A stretch of 63,609 bases of DNA, counting the filler, from Dimorphilus gyrociliatus (taxonomy: Eukaryota > Animalia > Annelida): NCBI GenBank assembly GCA_904063045.1. It is 5 parts of 5 records of this genome, joined end to end, with 100 filler letters (N's around TTAATTAATTAA, not from the genome) between each part and the next. Parts side by side here need not be neighbours in the genome. Positions count along the whole stretch, not along the records: positions 8,064 to 23,158 come from CAJFCJ010000234.1; positions 23,259 to 49,720 come from CAJFCJ010000155.1; 3 more parts are not named here. One strand, given 5' to 3'. Both the position numbers and the translations under genes were made by a program. Positions 11,787-23,718 of the stretch are shown here, piece after piece. Within the stretch, counting starts at the first letter, position 1. Every line of letters starts with the position of its first letter. The notes under the pieces are model-generated. The model had not been told where the DNA came from. It was given only the letters and a program-made list of their open reading frames with translations, and searched no databases.

Positions 11787-13242
11787 AGTAGTAGACTTGA
11801 AGTAAATCTTTTGATTGTCAGAAAAGTTCTTGTGAGTACTATAACTTCTACAACTGTTGTGATAAAATAATAGCATAAATACCATTTCACATATATTCAT
11901 CACCTCTATTCTAATATAGATAGATAAGCGGTATTGACCTACTTTATCCTAGTGCAGTGAGTGTACAATCAGTGGCAAAATGGTTTATTGATTTATAAAC
12001 AAATATTGTTATTTTTTATCAGCAAATCTACAATATTGTAAAAAAAATGGAGAAAATCTGATAAGATATCAGGAAAAATGAATTTTTTTCACTATATTAA
12101 ATGCATAAAAATGTAAACATTTCAATTTTCACCTTCTAAGAAAATCAAAATGGCTGCCAATATGGAAATGGGTTTAAATATTTACTAATTGTATTAATAT
12201 ATTGATTATCTCGAAGGAGACGATCGATAAATATTTTATAAAAACTCAATACACAAATATCAAATGAATAACTTACGTTTTTGTAGGATTATTCAACAAA
12301 CGAAGATATTGTTGATCAAAATATAGCAGACGGGAATCGCTACGTTATATACTAGTGCCATCTATAGTCTTAGGGTTAGGGTTTCTCCAATCGAAGACAG
12401 ACTGACAAGGGTGAGTTAAAAAAAAAAGGAAAATGAGGCAAAGTTCAACTGTAGGGATAATTAAATTTTGTCAATAGATTTGAGATAGCTCTACCCAAAT
12501 ATGAAGAAAGTTAGCCCTTACATGACGAATGCTACATATAGGCCTATATCAAATGTAGAAAAAAAAGACTGGTAATAAAGTAATTGTCTTGAAAATTGTT
12601 GAGCAAAGAAGGTAACACATTTGGTAAAATATCCAAAGTTAAATAAATTTCCAAAAACCCCTAACTCTTCAGCCCTTTTTTATCATTCTACTTTCATTTT
12701 CTGATTTGTCAAATTTTTCGTGTTGTACTATCTCATTTGACTGGAAAAGACGAGTTAATTTGTTAATCTTTTACCAGGTTTTGTATTGTAAAATTATAGG
12801 CTAAATATAAGATTCTACATAACCAAATCGTGTTGACAACAACAGCGAGTTGTTTATTTACAAACAACACAATGTAACGCAGACTTGTTCTTGTTTACAC
12901 CACTGTTACATAACATGACAGCCCTTGATCCTGATAATGATACAATAGATTAGGGTAAGGCAAAGCTGCAGGTTTTGCTTGCTCTTCCATTCCAAAGACA
13001 CAGAGACGCATTCTACATTGCCAGAGTCATTTTTAAAGAAAGATAATATGATTCTCAAAGACAAGTGTCAATGTCTGATTTCTTGGTCCAACAGGATTCT
13101 AACTGTTTCTTTATATCTTTAAACCAAGGGGCGAAAAGGCTTTTATAGCATCTTTGATTTCATATGACATAAGAAATAAGATATAAGAAGAAGGAAGAAT
13201 GTTTTTTTATTAATTTTTTTATCCCATTTGTTTGTAAGACAT

Positions 13243-13872
13243 TTAATGTTTAGAATATGAAGATAATGTAGATTTATTTGCGAATGATGAATAAAATACT
13301 TGTCTGAATTTCTTGCCTTGATTACGAGGTTGACAAAGTACCATTGCGGACCATTTATCTTTAGGATTACTAATTATTATAATATCTTTATACATTATAG
13401 TGAAAATTGAATAGTAGGCGAACGTTACAAGAGCAGATAGGGAGAGGGCAACAACAGTCCGCCTCTTAGACGCCATAGTCTTTGCCCTTGTTGGGAAAAG
13501 GATGAATAAACTTCTATCAATAGTCATTGCGCAAAGGACAATTACCCAGAATTGATGAGTTGATTTTTCCATAAAATTCCTTCCAATACAAAGTAGATAG
13601 AAAATTATAGTTTTGTTTTGAATTACGGCTGGTTCAATTGTATAAAACATATTTAAAAAATACCAATTTAACAATGAAATTATATCAACAACTGCTAAAA
13701 CTCTCAAATATATTGAAGTTGTTGTCCTATTCATTGTAGTCTTGCTGAAAATCTTATAACTAATAACATTACCAAACATACCAATTATAAACACTATTGT
13801 TCCAATTACTTTGACTCCAATATACCAATTTAAAGTGCTTGGAGGCAATTGAAATGAGCTTGAGTTGTTCAT
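13243..13872 (-). pseudogene. Class A peptide-type GPCR, TM1-TM4 only
   Basis: GMFGN (TM1), YLRVLAVVD (TM2), TIDRS (DRY-like). No TM5-7 frame found downstream in this contig. Confidence 0.7.
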
Positions 13873-14351
13873 TCTATTCTGTCTGATTCTAGCATATACT
13901 TCATCATTATATTCTTGAGAATTCTATTTTTAGATTCAATAAGGGAGAAAAATAAAGATAAAAAGAAAATGCTTTATAGAATTAGGTTTCTTAACAGACA
14001 GTTGCCATGGTGAAATATACAGATCAGTTTCATTTATCCCTCATATTACAGTAACTAGTCAACTTGACAGATTGAAATATATACATAAAAAGCATAAAAG
14101 AAACACTCCCTATTTCGTTTTATCTCAATTCTAAATTTAATCAAAAACAACACAGTCTTTTCGCTAAGTAGATAGACAAACTGACAAAGAACGCATATAG
14201 GCTTAAAACTTTGTCTCTTAGTTAAAATTTAATTCTTGTTTCAAGCGTTCACATAAATTTTCTATAAAAGGTTATTGAATTTTTTGTCAATTACAAAACT
14301 ATAAAAAGGAATTCTTTAGCTTCTTGTTGATCATTAATAAAAAAGAAAATC

Positions 14352-15719
14352 ATGGATAAAGTGCAAATTTTTTTCTGTTTAAATCTTTTAATGCAATATT
14401 CTGTCGCGAAAAATTTAAATCACGTAAATATCGCTCTGAATCAGTCAACTTACCAATCAACTACAAGATCTAATAGATGTAGTTATTTGGCAGTTAATGG
14501 TAATTTTAATCCAGTCTTTTCCAGTGGTTCAAGATGTTCTCACACTGAAGAAGAAGATAGACCTTGGTTTATAATCCAATTCAAAAAAGCCTATATTATT
14601 CAAACAATACGGATTTTGAACAGATCTGGATGGACCTCTGCAAGATTGACTAAATTATTTATCGGAACTAAACTATCAAGAGATATTTCAGAAATAGACA
14701 CAAGAAACTATGAAATGTTTTCTGTAGTCAACTCACCAATAGCTGCTTCATCATCTGCAACATTAAGCTACTTAAATAGACCACACTACTCAACTACACT
14801 GTTAATTTATAAAAACGTTAAAGGTTTATTAACAATTTGCCAACTAGAGATATGGAATTTGAATAATATTGCTAAACATAAACCAGCAACAACAGTCGGC
14901 AATGATGATGGAATGCCTTTAAAAGCTGTTGATGGTCAGAGTAGTTCAAAATATTCTGTTGATGGGATTTTTTGTACACAATCTGATGCAGTTAATTTTC
15001 CATGGTGGCAAGTTGATTTAGAAAAGGATTCTGTTGTGTTTGCTGTTACAATCGTTGCACGATTTTCTTCTGATTTCCAAATAAAAAATCTTCGCATTGG
15101 TCTTTCACTTAACAACACTGACCCTGCAAGTGGAGTCCAAGCAGAATGTGGCTACCATGATGGAAACTTACCAATCTATTTTACTATGAGATGTCCACAA
15201 TGGACTATTGGTCGCTACTTGTCCACCGTAATGAATTCACCGTCGAGTACTCGAATACTAGCCCTGTGCGAAGTTGATGTTTTTGGTTATAATTTAGATA
15301 AAGAGTTTAAACTATATGCAATTTTTCAAAATGGAACCAATTATTCCTATAGCAATTTTTCAACAACAAAAGATTGCCATGGCAACACAAAATTTTCAAT
15401 TGATTTAGCAGATTATTCTATAAATCATCTCACATTTAGAATGAATGGAGTAGGGATTATAAGTGATTGTAATAAGAAAAATGTTTTTGTAGCATCATTA
15501 TTCCAGAGCAAAACTGGTAAAAGTCTAAATGAATGTAGACTGTCTAATAGTGTTGATGGCTATTTTACAGGTAGAGATATGTATGATACTTGTACATTTC
15601 ATTGTACTTGTGGTATGAATAATTGTCAATCAGCTATAGTATTCCTTTCATCAAACCAACAGATTATATATAGAGAACTGTTTACCTTTATTGACTTGGA
15701 CACAGTTCCACTTGTGTAG
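14352..15719 (+). CDS. Secreted protein with two tandem FTP domains plus a C-terminal Cys-rich domain, single exon
   Basis: 455-aa ORF, signal peptide, NIALNQSTYQS..LAVNGN..CSHT..PWF; second domain NIAKHKPA..AVDG..PWWQVDL..LALCEVDVFG. Confidence 0.9.
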   Translation: MDKVQIFFCLNLLMQYSVAKNLNHVNIALNQSTYQSTTRSNRCSYLAVNGNFNPVFSSGSRCSHTEEEDRPWFIIQFKKAYIIQTIRILNRSGWTSARLTKLFIGTKLSRDISEIDTRNYEMFSVVNSPIAASSSATLSYLNRPHYSTTLLIYKNVKGLLTICQLEIWNLNNIAKHKPATTVGNDDGMPLKAVDGQSSSKYSVDGIFCTQSDAVNFPWWQVDLEKDSVVFAVTIVARFSSDFQIKNLRIGLSLNNTDPASGVQAECGYHDGNLPIYFTMRCPQWTIGRYLSTVMNSPSSTRILALCEVDVFGYNLDKEFKLYAIFQNGTNYSYSNFSTTKDCHGNTKFSIDLADYSINHLTFRMNGVGIISDCNKKNVFVASLFQSKTGKSLNECRLSNSVDGYFTGRDMYDTCTFHCTCGMNNCQSAIVFLSSNQQIIYRELFTFIDLDTVPLV

Positions 15720-16578
15720 TTTGTTAAAACGAATTCAACTCTACAGCAGAATAAAATGATTTCAAAGATTAAAAATATTCAGAATACTTAAATATTTTCT
15801 ATAGATTTTATAGTTTCTATTTCTAATCAGCTATAAATAATGTAAACAAGGTATTATTTCTAGTTCAATTGATCAGTTTTTGCAAAATGTTTCTGTCTCT
15901 TTTATCCAAATAGAATTAATATTTTATTGTCTTTTACTCTTTCAATTTAATTTATAATTTTTATCTTTCATTTATCATAAAAGTAATTTATGAAAATGTT
16001 TCAATCATTCATATTTGTCCTTTCCAATCATTTACTAATTCATGAAAGTACTCACACAAAATGGAACCTTTAAAGTTCGTCCAGAGTCGTCTTAATAAAT
16101 GTAATTTTTGTAGAAATCAATTAATTTGAACACTAGTTGTAGTTGCAAATATTTAACTATCCTCTTTGGAAGAAACACATTTTCGTACTGATAAAATGAG
16201 GAAAAAACTGATGATTGCTTGCTTTTTTGTTTACTTTTTCCTTAATGTTTTTTCATTACCATTGACTGAAAATGGTTTAACATCAATTTTGAAACAAATG
16301 GAAAAGTGAGAGGAATTGGAAAATACATGCTAATTTTCATAACAACATTAAGGAAGTAGAACAAAATTTAACATTACAATCAAAAATCTAACTTTGAATT
16401 TTCTTAGTAATCTTAAATTCTCTGGCTGCTGGCCCTTTGTACCATATGCTCAATGATGGTAATACCTTCTTTTTGATTCTTTTCTCGCTATAAACATACT
16501 TTAAACTCATAACTGATCAACAAAATGCCTGTATTTGGTTTAAAGAATATGTATTGAGTAAATGAGTTTCTAGTTCCA

Positions 16579-16848
16579 AACAAGTAAGTTTAAACAACCA
16601 GTTAAGGGTTAAAGAACTGAACTGACAAGCTGGGGAAATGCATTTCCTTTTATACATTTCCCAAAGCTTGGGTTCAAATGGTCAACGGATTACAAAGTTG
16701 AAATCTGACAGTCTCATAATTCTTATGTAACAAAAATATGAAAGACTTGTTATATCACACGTATAAAATATAGTCCTAAGATTAGGGCCATATGTCAAAC
16801 ATGTGCCACAGTAAACAGGCCTCATCAGCATCTGGTGTTAGGGAAGCA
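16579..16848. repeat. About 265-bp repeat, left copy of an inverted pair
   Basis: Reverse complement of 20876-21141, about 90% identical by eye. Confidence 0.9.
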
Positions 16849-17683
16849 AGGCCAGATAAAAAAATATTGATTAAAATTATGAAAAATATTTTACTAATAA
16901 CTTTCCCAAATATCATCTTTTTCTCAATTTTTTAATATTGTGTGAATATTTCTCTTTATCTATAAAAAATTTAGACAAAAAAAACTATTTTTCTTGGAAA
17001 AAACATTTTTATTATTATTTTAAATTTGCCCTATCAAACTTCAGGGTTTACCAAAATTTACATAAAAGTGAAAAACACTTCCTTATTTTAAATATCCTTC
17101 TGTAAAGAAAAATGTAAGATATTATTGAGAACACTCTTTTTATAATTTCCTGGAAAAAATATTTAACAGTTTCCATAAACTTTCTACAGAGGTCAAGGTC
17201 ATAATAAAAGTTAATCAGGGCATTTTTAACTACAACTCCTCGCATAGTAAGCCTAACATTAAATGCCAAATCTGATTGGCTATTATTATATAATATCTTT
17301 TCTTTTTTTTTGTTTGTACTTTGATATTTAATATGTTGGTGTGAGAAATCTCTTCTTTTCAACACTTTTGTATATTTGGTTGAGTTATCCATTTGTTAGA
17401 GAATTTTGAATAAATCTTTAGAGAGAGAGTGTGTGTGTATGTAATGGATATTATCTGGCTATGCACATTTGTGACCAGGAAGATTGCGGTAGAAACAAAT
17501 CTCTTACTGATGATAATGTAATAAAATGAGTTTAATTAGAAAAATAAATTTGAAGCGAATGGTTAGTTGGTTGATTACAAATATTTTATTTATGATTTTT
17601 AGTCTAATGTAAGCCTAGTGGTCAATGCAGTTATGAGAAATTAAACTGCAACCGTCTATCAGAACTAAGGTATGAAGAACTTT

Positions 17684-18060
17684 TCTTCATTGTTGGACTT
17701 GATGTATTGTTACATCTTATACAACTATTCAAAAATTTAACTATTATTTTGAAAAGGAAAACAATAAAAACTCAGCAAAGAATTAGCCTGAAGGGGAAAT
17801 GCAAGCAGATGATCATTCAGTCTATTCTATTAATTTTTTTAATCTTGGATAAAATAGTACTTTTTTAATAGTTACTTGTTTTATGGTTATTTCTTTCAAT
17901 GATAGTCAAGAAATTCAATTGAAAATCAAATACAACTGGAATAATCAAGATAATCCAGCCATCTTAAAACACATTTACAGTAAATTACTCAAATTCTTCA
18001 TCGTGATTTACTTCAATGAAAACGTTTCCCTTAGCTTATGAGAAACGTCTATTTCTACTC
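17684..18060. repeat. Copy 1 of a local segmental duplication (copy 2 at 19561-20520)
   Basis: Colinear matches such as aaaaatttaactattattttgaaaaggaaaacaataaaaa and caatacaactggaataatcaagataatcca, with different internal deletions. Confidence 0.9.
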
Positions 18061-18695
18061 CATATATCCTGCAAGTGATGTAAATTTTTACGAGAACAAT
18101 ATCACAATTTCCCGACAGTATCAAAGATAATATCATATTTTTCACCATTTCCTTTAAAGTTTTTTTTGTATAATCTATTACACAATCAGCTCCCATCGAT
18201 TTAACCATTTCAAGGTTTGCAGTACTACAAACTCCTGTAACGGCAGCACCGTGATACTTGGCCATTTGGACAGTAGCAACACCAACACTTCAGATGCTCT
18301 ATAGACAAGGACTCTTTGATCTCTTTGAATTTTGGCTCTTTCTAAAAATTGAATAGCTGTCTCTGTACCAAAAAGACTTGCAACAGATTCTTTCTATGAC
18401 AAGTTGTTTAGTTTCTGAACAATGAAACCAGTTTCGGGTAAGCAAATTAATTGAGTGTATGTTCCAAAAGCTGATTCAGGTGAACCAAACACTTGATCAC
18501 CTTTCTTGAATAATTTAACTTTTTTTCCAACTATATCAACTTCTCCAGCAAAACACAAACCCCAAATAAGATTTTTTGGTCTAAACAACCCCAATGAAAG
18601 TCTTGCTGGTAACCATAATGAAGCTGGAATCTCTTTATAACCCCAAAGTTTACAATCTCCAGAAGTTGTCATTGTAGCATGTAATTTTTATATTC
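18010..18695 (-). pseudogene. Bacterial NAD(P)-dependent alcohol dehydrogenase/quinone oxidoreductase (MDR superfamily), copy 1 (N-terminal and middle)
   Basis: [104 protein letters not shown]; stops, frameshifts and deletions; intronless. Confidence 0.88.
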
Positions 18696-18789
18696 ATGAT
18701 TTATTTTTATTCAGAAATGTGTCATAAGTATGATTCTATATTTTATATGGCATTTATAAATATTCAGTTATTTCAATCAGATTCTAAGC

Positions 18790-19260
18790 TGTCAGTTTGC
18801 AGAATTTTTTTCTTTATACTGATCACCAAAATTGGTACAAACCTTTGTACAGATGAAACTAAATTCAAGTACTATCAAATGCTTTATGGCCCTTATGGAC
18901 ATGGATTTTGAAATAATTTTTATACCAGGAAGAACTAACAGAGGAGACTTGGTATCTAGAATTGGAGAAACTGATGAAGCAATTGATTTTTGTAATTACC
19001 TAAAAGACAGCTCCTCAGTTACTTGTAATCCCACTATCAACCTTAACCAAACTACTTGAACAAATTCATGAATATACCTATGCAAAGAATTGCTATGGAC
19101 ATAATGGGACCTTTGACAAGACATGGTTCTAACAAAAATATACTTGTCATTATAGACCACATGTCAAGATTCACCAATCTATTCCCTCTAAAAACACAAA
19201 CAGCTGAAGAAATTTCCAAACATTTGCTTTTCAACTATTTTCCAATAGTGTTCTTCTAAT
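18790..19260 (+). mobile_element. Ty3/Gypsy pol relic (RNase H end fused to integrase core start)
   Basis: FFLYTDHQ, MDFEIIFIPGRTN..DLVSR, then PMQRIAMDIMGPL..ILVIIDHMSRF..FPLKTQTAEEI. Confidence 0.8.
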
Positions 19261-20332
19261 GTTTTAATAAATACAATAATGTTATTCATATAATTAATAC
19301 AAAAATTTTCCAATCTTTGGATATGTAATCTTCTTCCAATGTAACAATTTTGACATACATCTTTTCCATGTTCTTTGTTCCTTTGTTAATTCTAAAATCA
19401 CAAGGGACTACAATTGTATACACAATACTACTCAACACAACAAGCATTAATCAGACATACTTCCTCTGCATATACTGATGCTAAATTTATTAACTAAAGC
19501 AATTAATTATAATTAATTGACTAGAATACAAAAATGATCAAATACACAATCTAGATGTTTTCTTCATTTTTGGACATGATGTATTGTTACCTCTTGTACA
19601 ACTCTCCAAAAATTTAACTATTATTTTGAAAAGGAAAACAATAAAAATCATATTTAGAACTTTTCTTTTTCTTAAAATGTTACTTTTGGTTTTGTGAACA
19701 TTGAAATCCATTGGAAGTTCTTCTCAAACATTGATAAATTCCAATACAAAATCTCAGCAAAGAATTAGTTTGAAGGGGAAATGGAAGTAGATGATCATTC
19801 AGTCCATTCTATTAATTTCTTAATGGATAAAATTTCAATAGTTACTTGTTTTATGGTTATTTCCTTCAGTGATAGTCAAGAAATTCAATTGAAAATTACA
19901 GAAATATACATCTAACTACTTTGCATTAAATTTTCCTTTTTTTGATAAAAGCAAGATAAAAGAAAGAACAATTTACAATTTCCTTAACTATAGAAATGAA
20001 TTAACTGACAATATTTATTTTGAAAATAACTTTAAAAATATATTAACTTATTGTTGTGAAGAGAAAATCATTTCTAGCTCAGTAAAAGTTGAATGCTTCA
20101 TTTCACAGATATTGGAAAACAGGAAATCACCATTATTTTTAATACAATAGAGATTGAATTGTTAATATTTTTCATCAGTTTAATACAATTTTCAACCTAC
20201 CATATACATGGAAATGATTATATTTTGTTCAACAACATAGAACTAACAGCTTGCGGTATTCAACATCAATACAACTGGAATAATCAAGATAATCCAACTG
20301 TCTTAAAATACATTTATAGTAAATTATTCAAA

Positions 20333-20660
20333 TTATTCATCATAATTTACTTCAATGACAATGTTTCCCTTTTTTCGACCTGTTTCCACGTAGATATGAG
20401 CATCAGGTATCTCCTCCAATAAATAAGTTCAGTCAATAACTGGTGTTATTGCTCCTGATTCAGCCAGTTCCCTTAGCTTGTGAAAACGTCTATTTCTACT
20501 CCACATATCCTGCAAATGTTGTTGTGACCACCAGTTATGGATGGCCATAATTGGTGAAGTATTCTTGTTAATGAGAATAGAGCTATTAGATAATAACCTG
20601 TTGGATTTTTACAAGAAGAATATAAAAATTTGCCAACAGTATCAAAGATAATATCATCAT
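20333..20660 (-). pseudogene. Bacterial MDR alcohol dehydrogenase, copy 2 (C-terminal third with native stop)
   Basis: [65 protein letters not shown]. Confidence 0.88.
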
Positions 20661-20815
20661 TTAGAAAGACTTCTAGTTCATAGGAATTAGAATGGTGCAA
20701 CTATAGAAATACTTCTATTTTGTAGCAATTGTACTGATGCAACTTTAGAAAGACTTCTATTTCGTAGAGTTAGCTTTTGGTATTTTTGAAAGAACTCTAT
20801 TTCGTTGGAAATAGA
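20661..20815. repeat. About 42-bp minisatellite, 3-4 degenerate units
   Basis: Recurring tagaaagacttcta / tagaaatacttcta / gaaagaactcta at about 42-nt spacing. Confidence 0.7.
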
Positions 20816-20875
20816 CTCTTTGACTGTAACAGATGGTGGCTACTTGGCAATTAACAAAGGAACAAAGAACATGTC

Positions 20876-21141
20876 AAACACCAGATGCTGATGAGGCAGG
20901 CCTGCTTGCTGTGGCACATGTTTGTCATGTGGCCTTAATCTCAGGATTATATTTTATATGTGTGATATAACAAGTCTTTCATATTTTTGTTACATAAGAA
21001 TTACGAGACTGTCAGATTTCAACTTTGTGATCCTTTGACCACTTGAACCCAAGCTTTGGGAAATGTATAAAAGGAAATGCATTTCCCCAGCTTGTCAGCT
21101 CAGCTTTTTAACTGTTAACTGGTTGATTGAACTTACTTGTT
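20876..21141. repeat. About 265-bp repeat, right copy of the inverted pair
   Basis: Reverse complement of 16579-16848. Confidence 0.9.
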
Positions 21142-21230
21142 GTACACTTATGAACTATAGTTTATAGATATTTTATAAATGATACATACTATATGGTAGA
21201 AGTGTTGAAGTAGATGTTGCCTCTAGGAAT
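21141..21230. repeat. Dispersed repeat module shared with 33449-33540
   Basis: tgtacacttatgaactatagt(t)tatagatatt.tataaatgatac occurs at both sites, in different contigs. Confidence 0.8.
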
Positions 21231-22090
21231 GATTGGAAAGGACTAATACTCTTCTGAAGAATCAGAAATTCCTACAATTACAATACAATAAAGTACAATT
21301 GCCATTGCAAAAATTTTCTGCACAATAATAGCAAATTCCCACTGCTTTAATATACGCAAGTCATGTGACTTTAGTGAAAATTCTTTTCTATTACTCTCAA
21401 TAGGTTTGTCTACAACCTTCTGTCCCCCTTTTTTTGATTCTATGTATTGAACAGGATTCGAATGCAGAATGGTGTCCATAATTAGAAATTTGCAAAACTA
21501 TTTTGTTTAATTTGTTTTCCATTTGTTTTTGATTAAATGTTGGTAATTTTTTCTTCTTTCCAAAATTTACCTTTACAAATATAAACCTTAGCGAATAGTT
21601 TTGAAGAAATTTTAATTGAACAAACTGAAATTTTCTACAAATGTTCACAAAAAGATTGTAAAGTACAATCTTTTTTGAAGATGGTAGAAATACGATGAGC
21701 CAGTCAGAAAATATTTGCAATGCTGATTAGACTTAGAAGTTTTTCAATTATGCTTATGTGTTAAAAGATTCTTTCATAGTCAAATTTAAAAGAAGGATGA
21801 ATAAATACAGCTATTTCAAGATACTATTGCAATTCAGCAGCCTACTGCAAAAAAAATACAAAAACTGAGTACTAAAGAAATGTAGAGATGATGTAATTCC
21901 TGACATTTTTAAAAAAATGTTAAAACAATGGAGAAAAAACAACTCAGGGAATCTAGAACTAAATAATTGATTTGTTTCTTTAAATTGTAATTGTTTTAGA
22001 GTGGATTCATTTTAGTTAGTGCTGGAGATAATAAGTTTATTTTAAAAGAGACAAAAACAAGATTGATTCAGAGAAATAGAGAAAACTAAT

Positions 22091-22880
22091 TTACTGCTTA
22101 ACATACGAATAACGTAGTTCTGAAAAGACCATTTTCTTAATTTTGCTGAACAATCTACAACCATTTGTTTGCAAAGAAACACCAAGGCTTCCACTAGTTC
22201 TACGGCAAAGACCTACACAGCTTTCATGATCGTCATTAAATAAAAATCTCAGGGTGGTACCCTCAATGTTATCATTGAGCATAAGTTACAAAATTGAATA
22301 TTTTTCTTACTGAAATTTGTAATTAAATTGTTAAAAAATAGCACAAAAAAACAGTTAATACCTTTTGTATCTTTTATGTAGAAAAGATTGTCTGATCTTG
22401 TTCTATATTGATGATGAGGCAGCAACTTGTCTTTCAACCAGCACATCTTTCTTCTAAAGTTAATGGAGAAGGCTATACATTTTTGGTTGCTTTTACACCA
22501 ATCATGACATTTGGATATTGTAGCATCAGTGAAAATCTTTATATCATTTCCAGCTGATGCTTTTTGTTGCGTCACAAAATATTGTGGAAGAATATCTGAA
22601 ATTATTCAATTTTTAAATAATGTTTTAATTTTTTTTAATTTAAAAAAACATCAAAAATACTTACATTCCTTCTTTCTAATGTACAATGTTGATCCAATTG
22701 CTGGTGTGATACATGATTCTGGAATCGTTTCATAAAGATAGCATCTTTTATTATGATAGGCATAGCCAGCAAGTATATAGGATTTTGAATATAAAACCAT
22801 ACATTGAGGAATCTACTGACAATAACGTGTTGTAATTGAGTTTGAACAAATCTTATTTTTCATAATAGTCATATCAAAGT
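22091..22880 (-). pseudogene. Multi-exon PAN/apple-domain protein, at least 3 domains, at least one in-frame stop
   Basis: GNDI..ISKCHDWCKSNQKCIAFS..CWLK; NIEG..ESCVGLC..CRLFS; upstream exon RYCQ*IPQC..CYLYE with GT-AG junctions. Confidence 0.6.
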
Positions 22881-23158
22881 GAATATCAAGCAGAATGGAT
22901 GCTAGTAAATTGGTATGAGTTTGTCTCTACTATATATGTTTAAGAACTTAAGGTCTGATTCAATCTGACACACTCAGAAATTATCTATTTTTTTTCATAT
23001 ATGGATTTAATGTAATTAAATTTTCGTCCTTTATTCATATTTCTGCATATTGTACAACTTTCGTTATATTTGATGCTTATACTATGCTACTATAGTGTAT
23101 AAAAATGAGCTATCAATCTATTCTTCAAGGTTTATAGAATGCCATACATAAATATACA

Positions 23159-23258
23159 NNNNNNNNNNNNNNNNNNNNNNNNNNNNNNNNNNNNNNNNNN
23201 NNTTAATTAATTAANNNNNNNNNNNNNNNNNNNNNNNNNNNNNNNNNNNNNNNNNNNN
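23159..23258. other. Artificial contig linker
   Basis: N44-TTAATTAATTAA-N44. Confidence 0.98.
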
Positions 23259-23701
23259 AGTTTATGCGTATTTTTGTGTGTAGGTATGAGTATGAAAGAG
23301 AGAGAGAGAGAAAGAAAGAAAAAAAGAAAGAGGACGGATATGAATTTCATTAAATTTTGTTGCATATTCTATTTTATTATTGCCGTTTCTATTATCTTAG
23401 TCATTAACTGTGTACAAATATGAACATATTGTGTAGGGCGATAGACTAGGGGAAGTTTTACACTGTATGATCATTTGAAAGCGTACAGTTACTGTTTCAG
23501 AGTAAATATGAACACATAAAAAAGAAAGAATAAACACTCTTTCGCGGGTTTTTTTTAATTCGCTCATTCCTTTACGAACTGGCTAATTCCGCTACTAACT
23601 TCAAACGCCCGAGCCGGTCTCAAGCAGCACCTTTTAATATGACCCCGCCTAACCCTGCTGTTCAATCTCCAATTCGTTCCTATTATTGAGAACGTATGCG
23701 G

Positions 23702-23718
23702 AGGTCAAGAGAAGGTCG
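23702..23718 (+). promoter_or_regulatory. DR5-like nuclear receptor response element candidate
   Basis: AGGTCA-agaga-AGGTCG about 550 bp upstream of the predicted NR start, in a locally GC-richer region. Confidence 0.25.

Noticed and set aside
17048-17392. 114-aa minus-strand ORF
   Set aside because: No recognisable domain or splice structure.
20862-20935. Possible hammerhead in the inverted repeat (ctgatgagg...acatgt...gtc), also at 16790-16845
   Set aside because: The GAA of the core is missing in both copies and helices I and II do not pair convincingly; at most a dead relic.
21243-21479. FLYWCH-like fragment (IESKKGG...YYCAENFC)
   Set aside because: Needs frameshifts and the match is too short.
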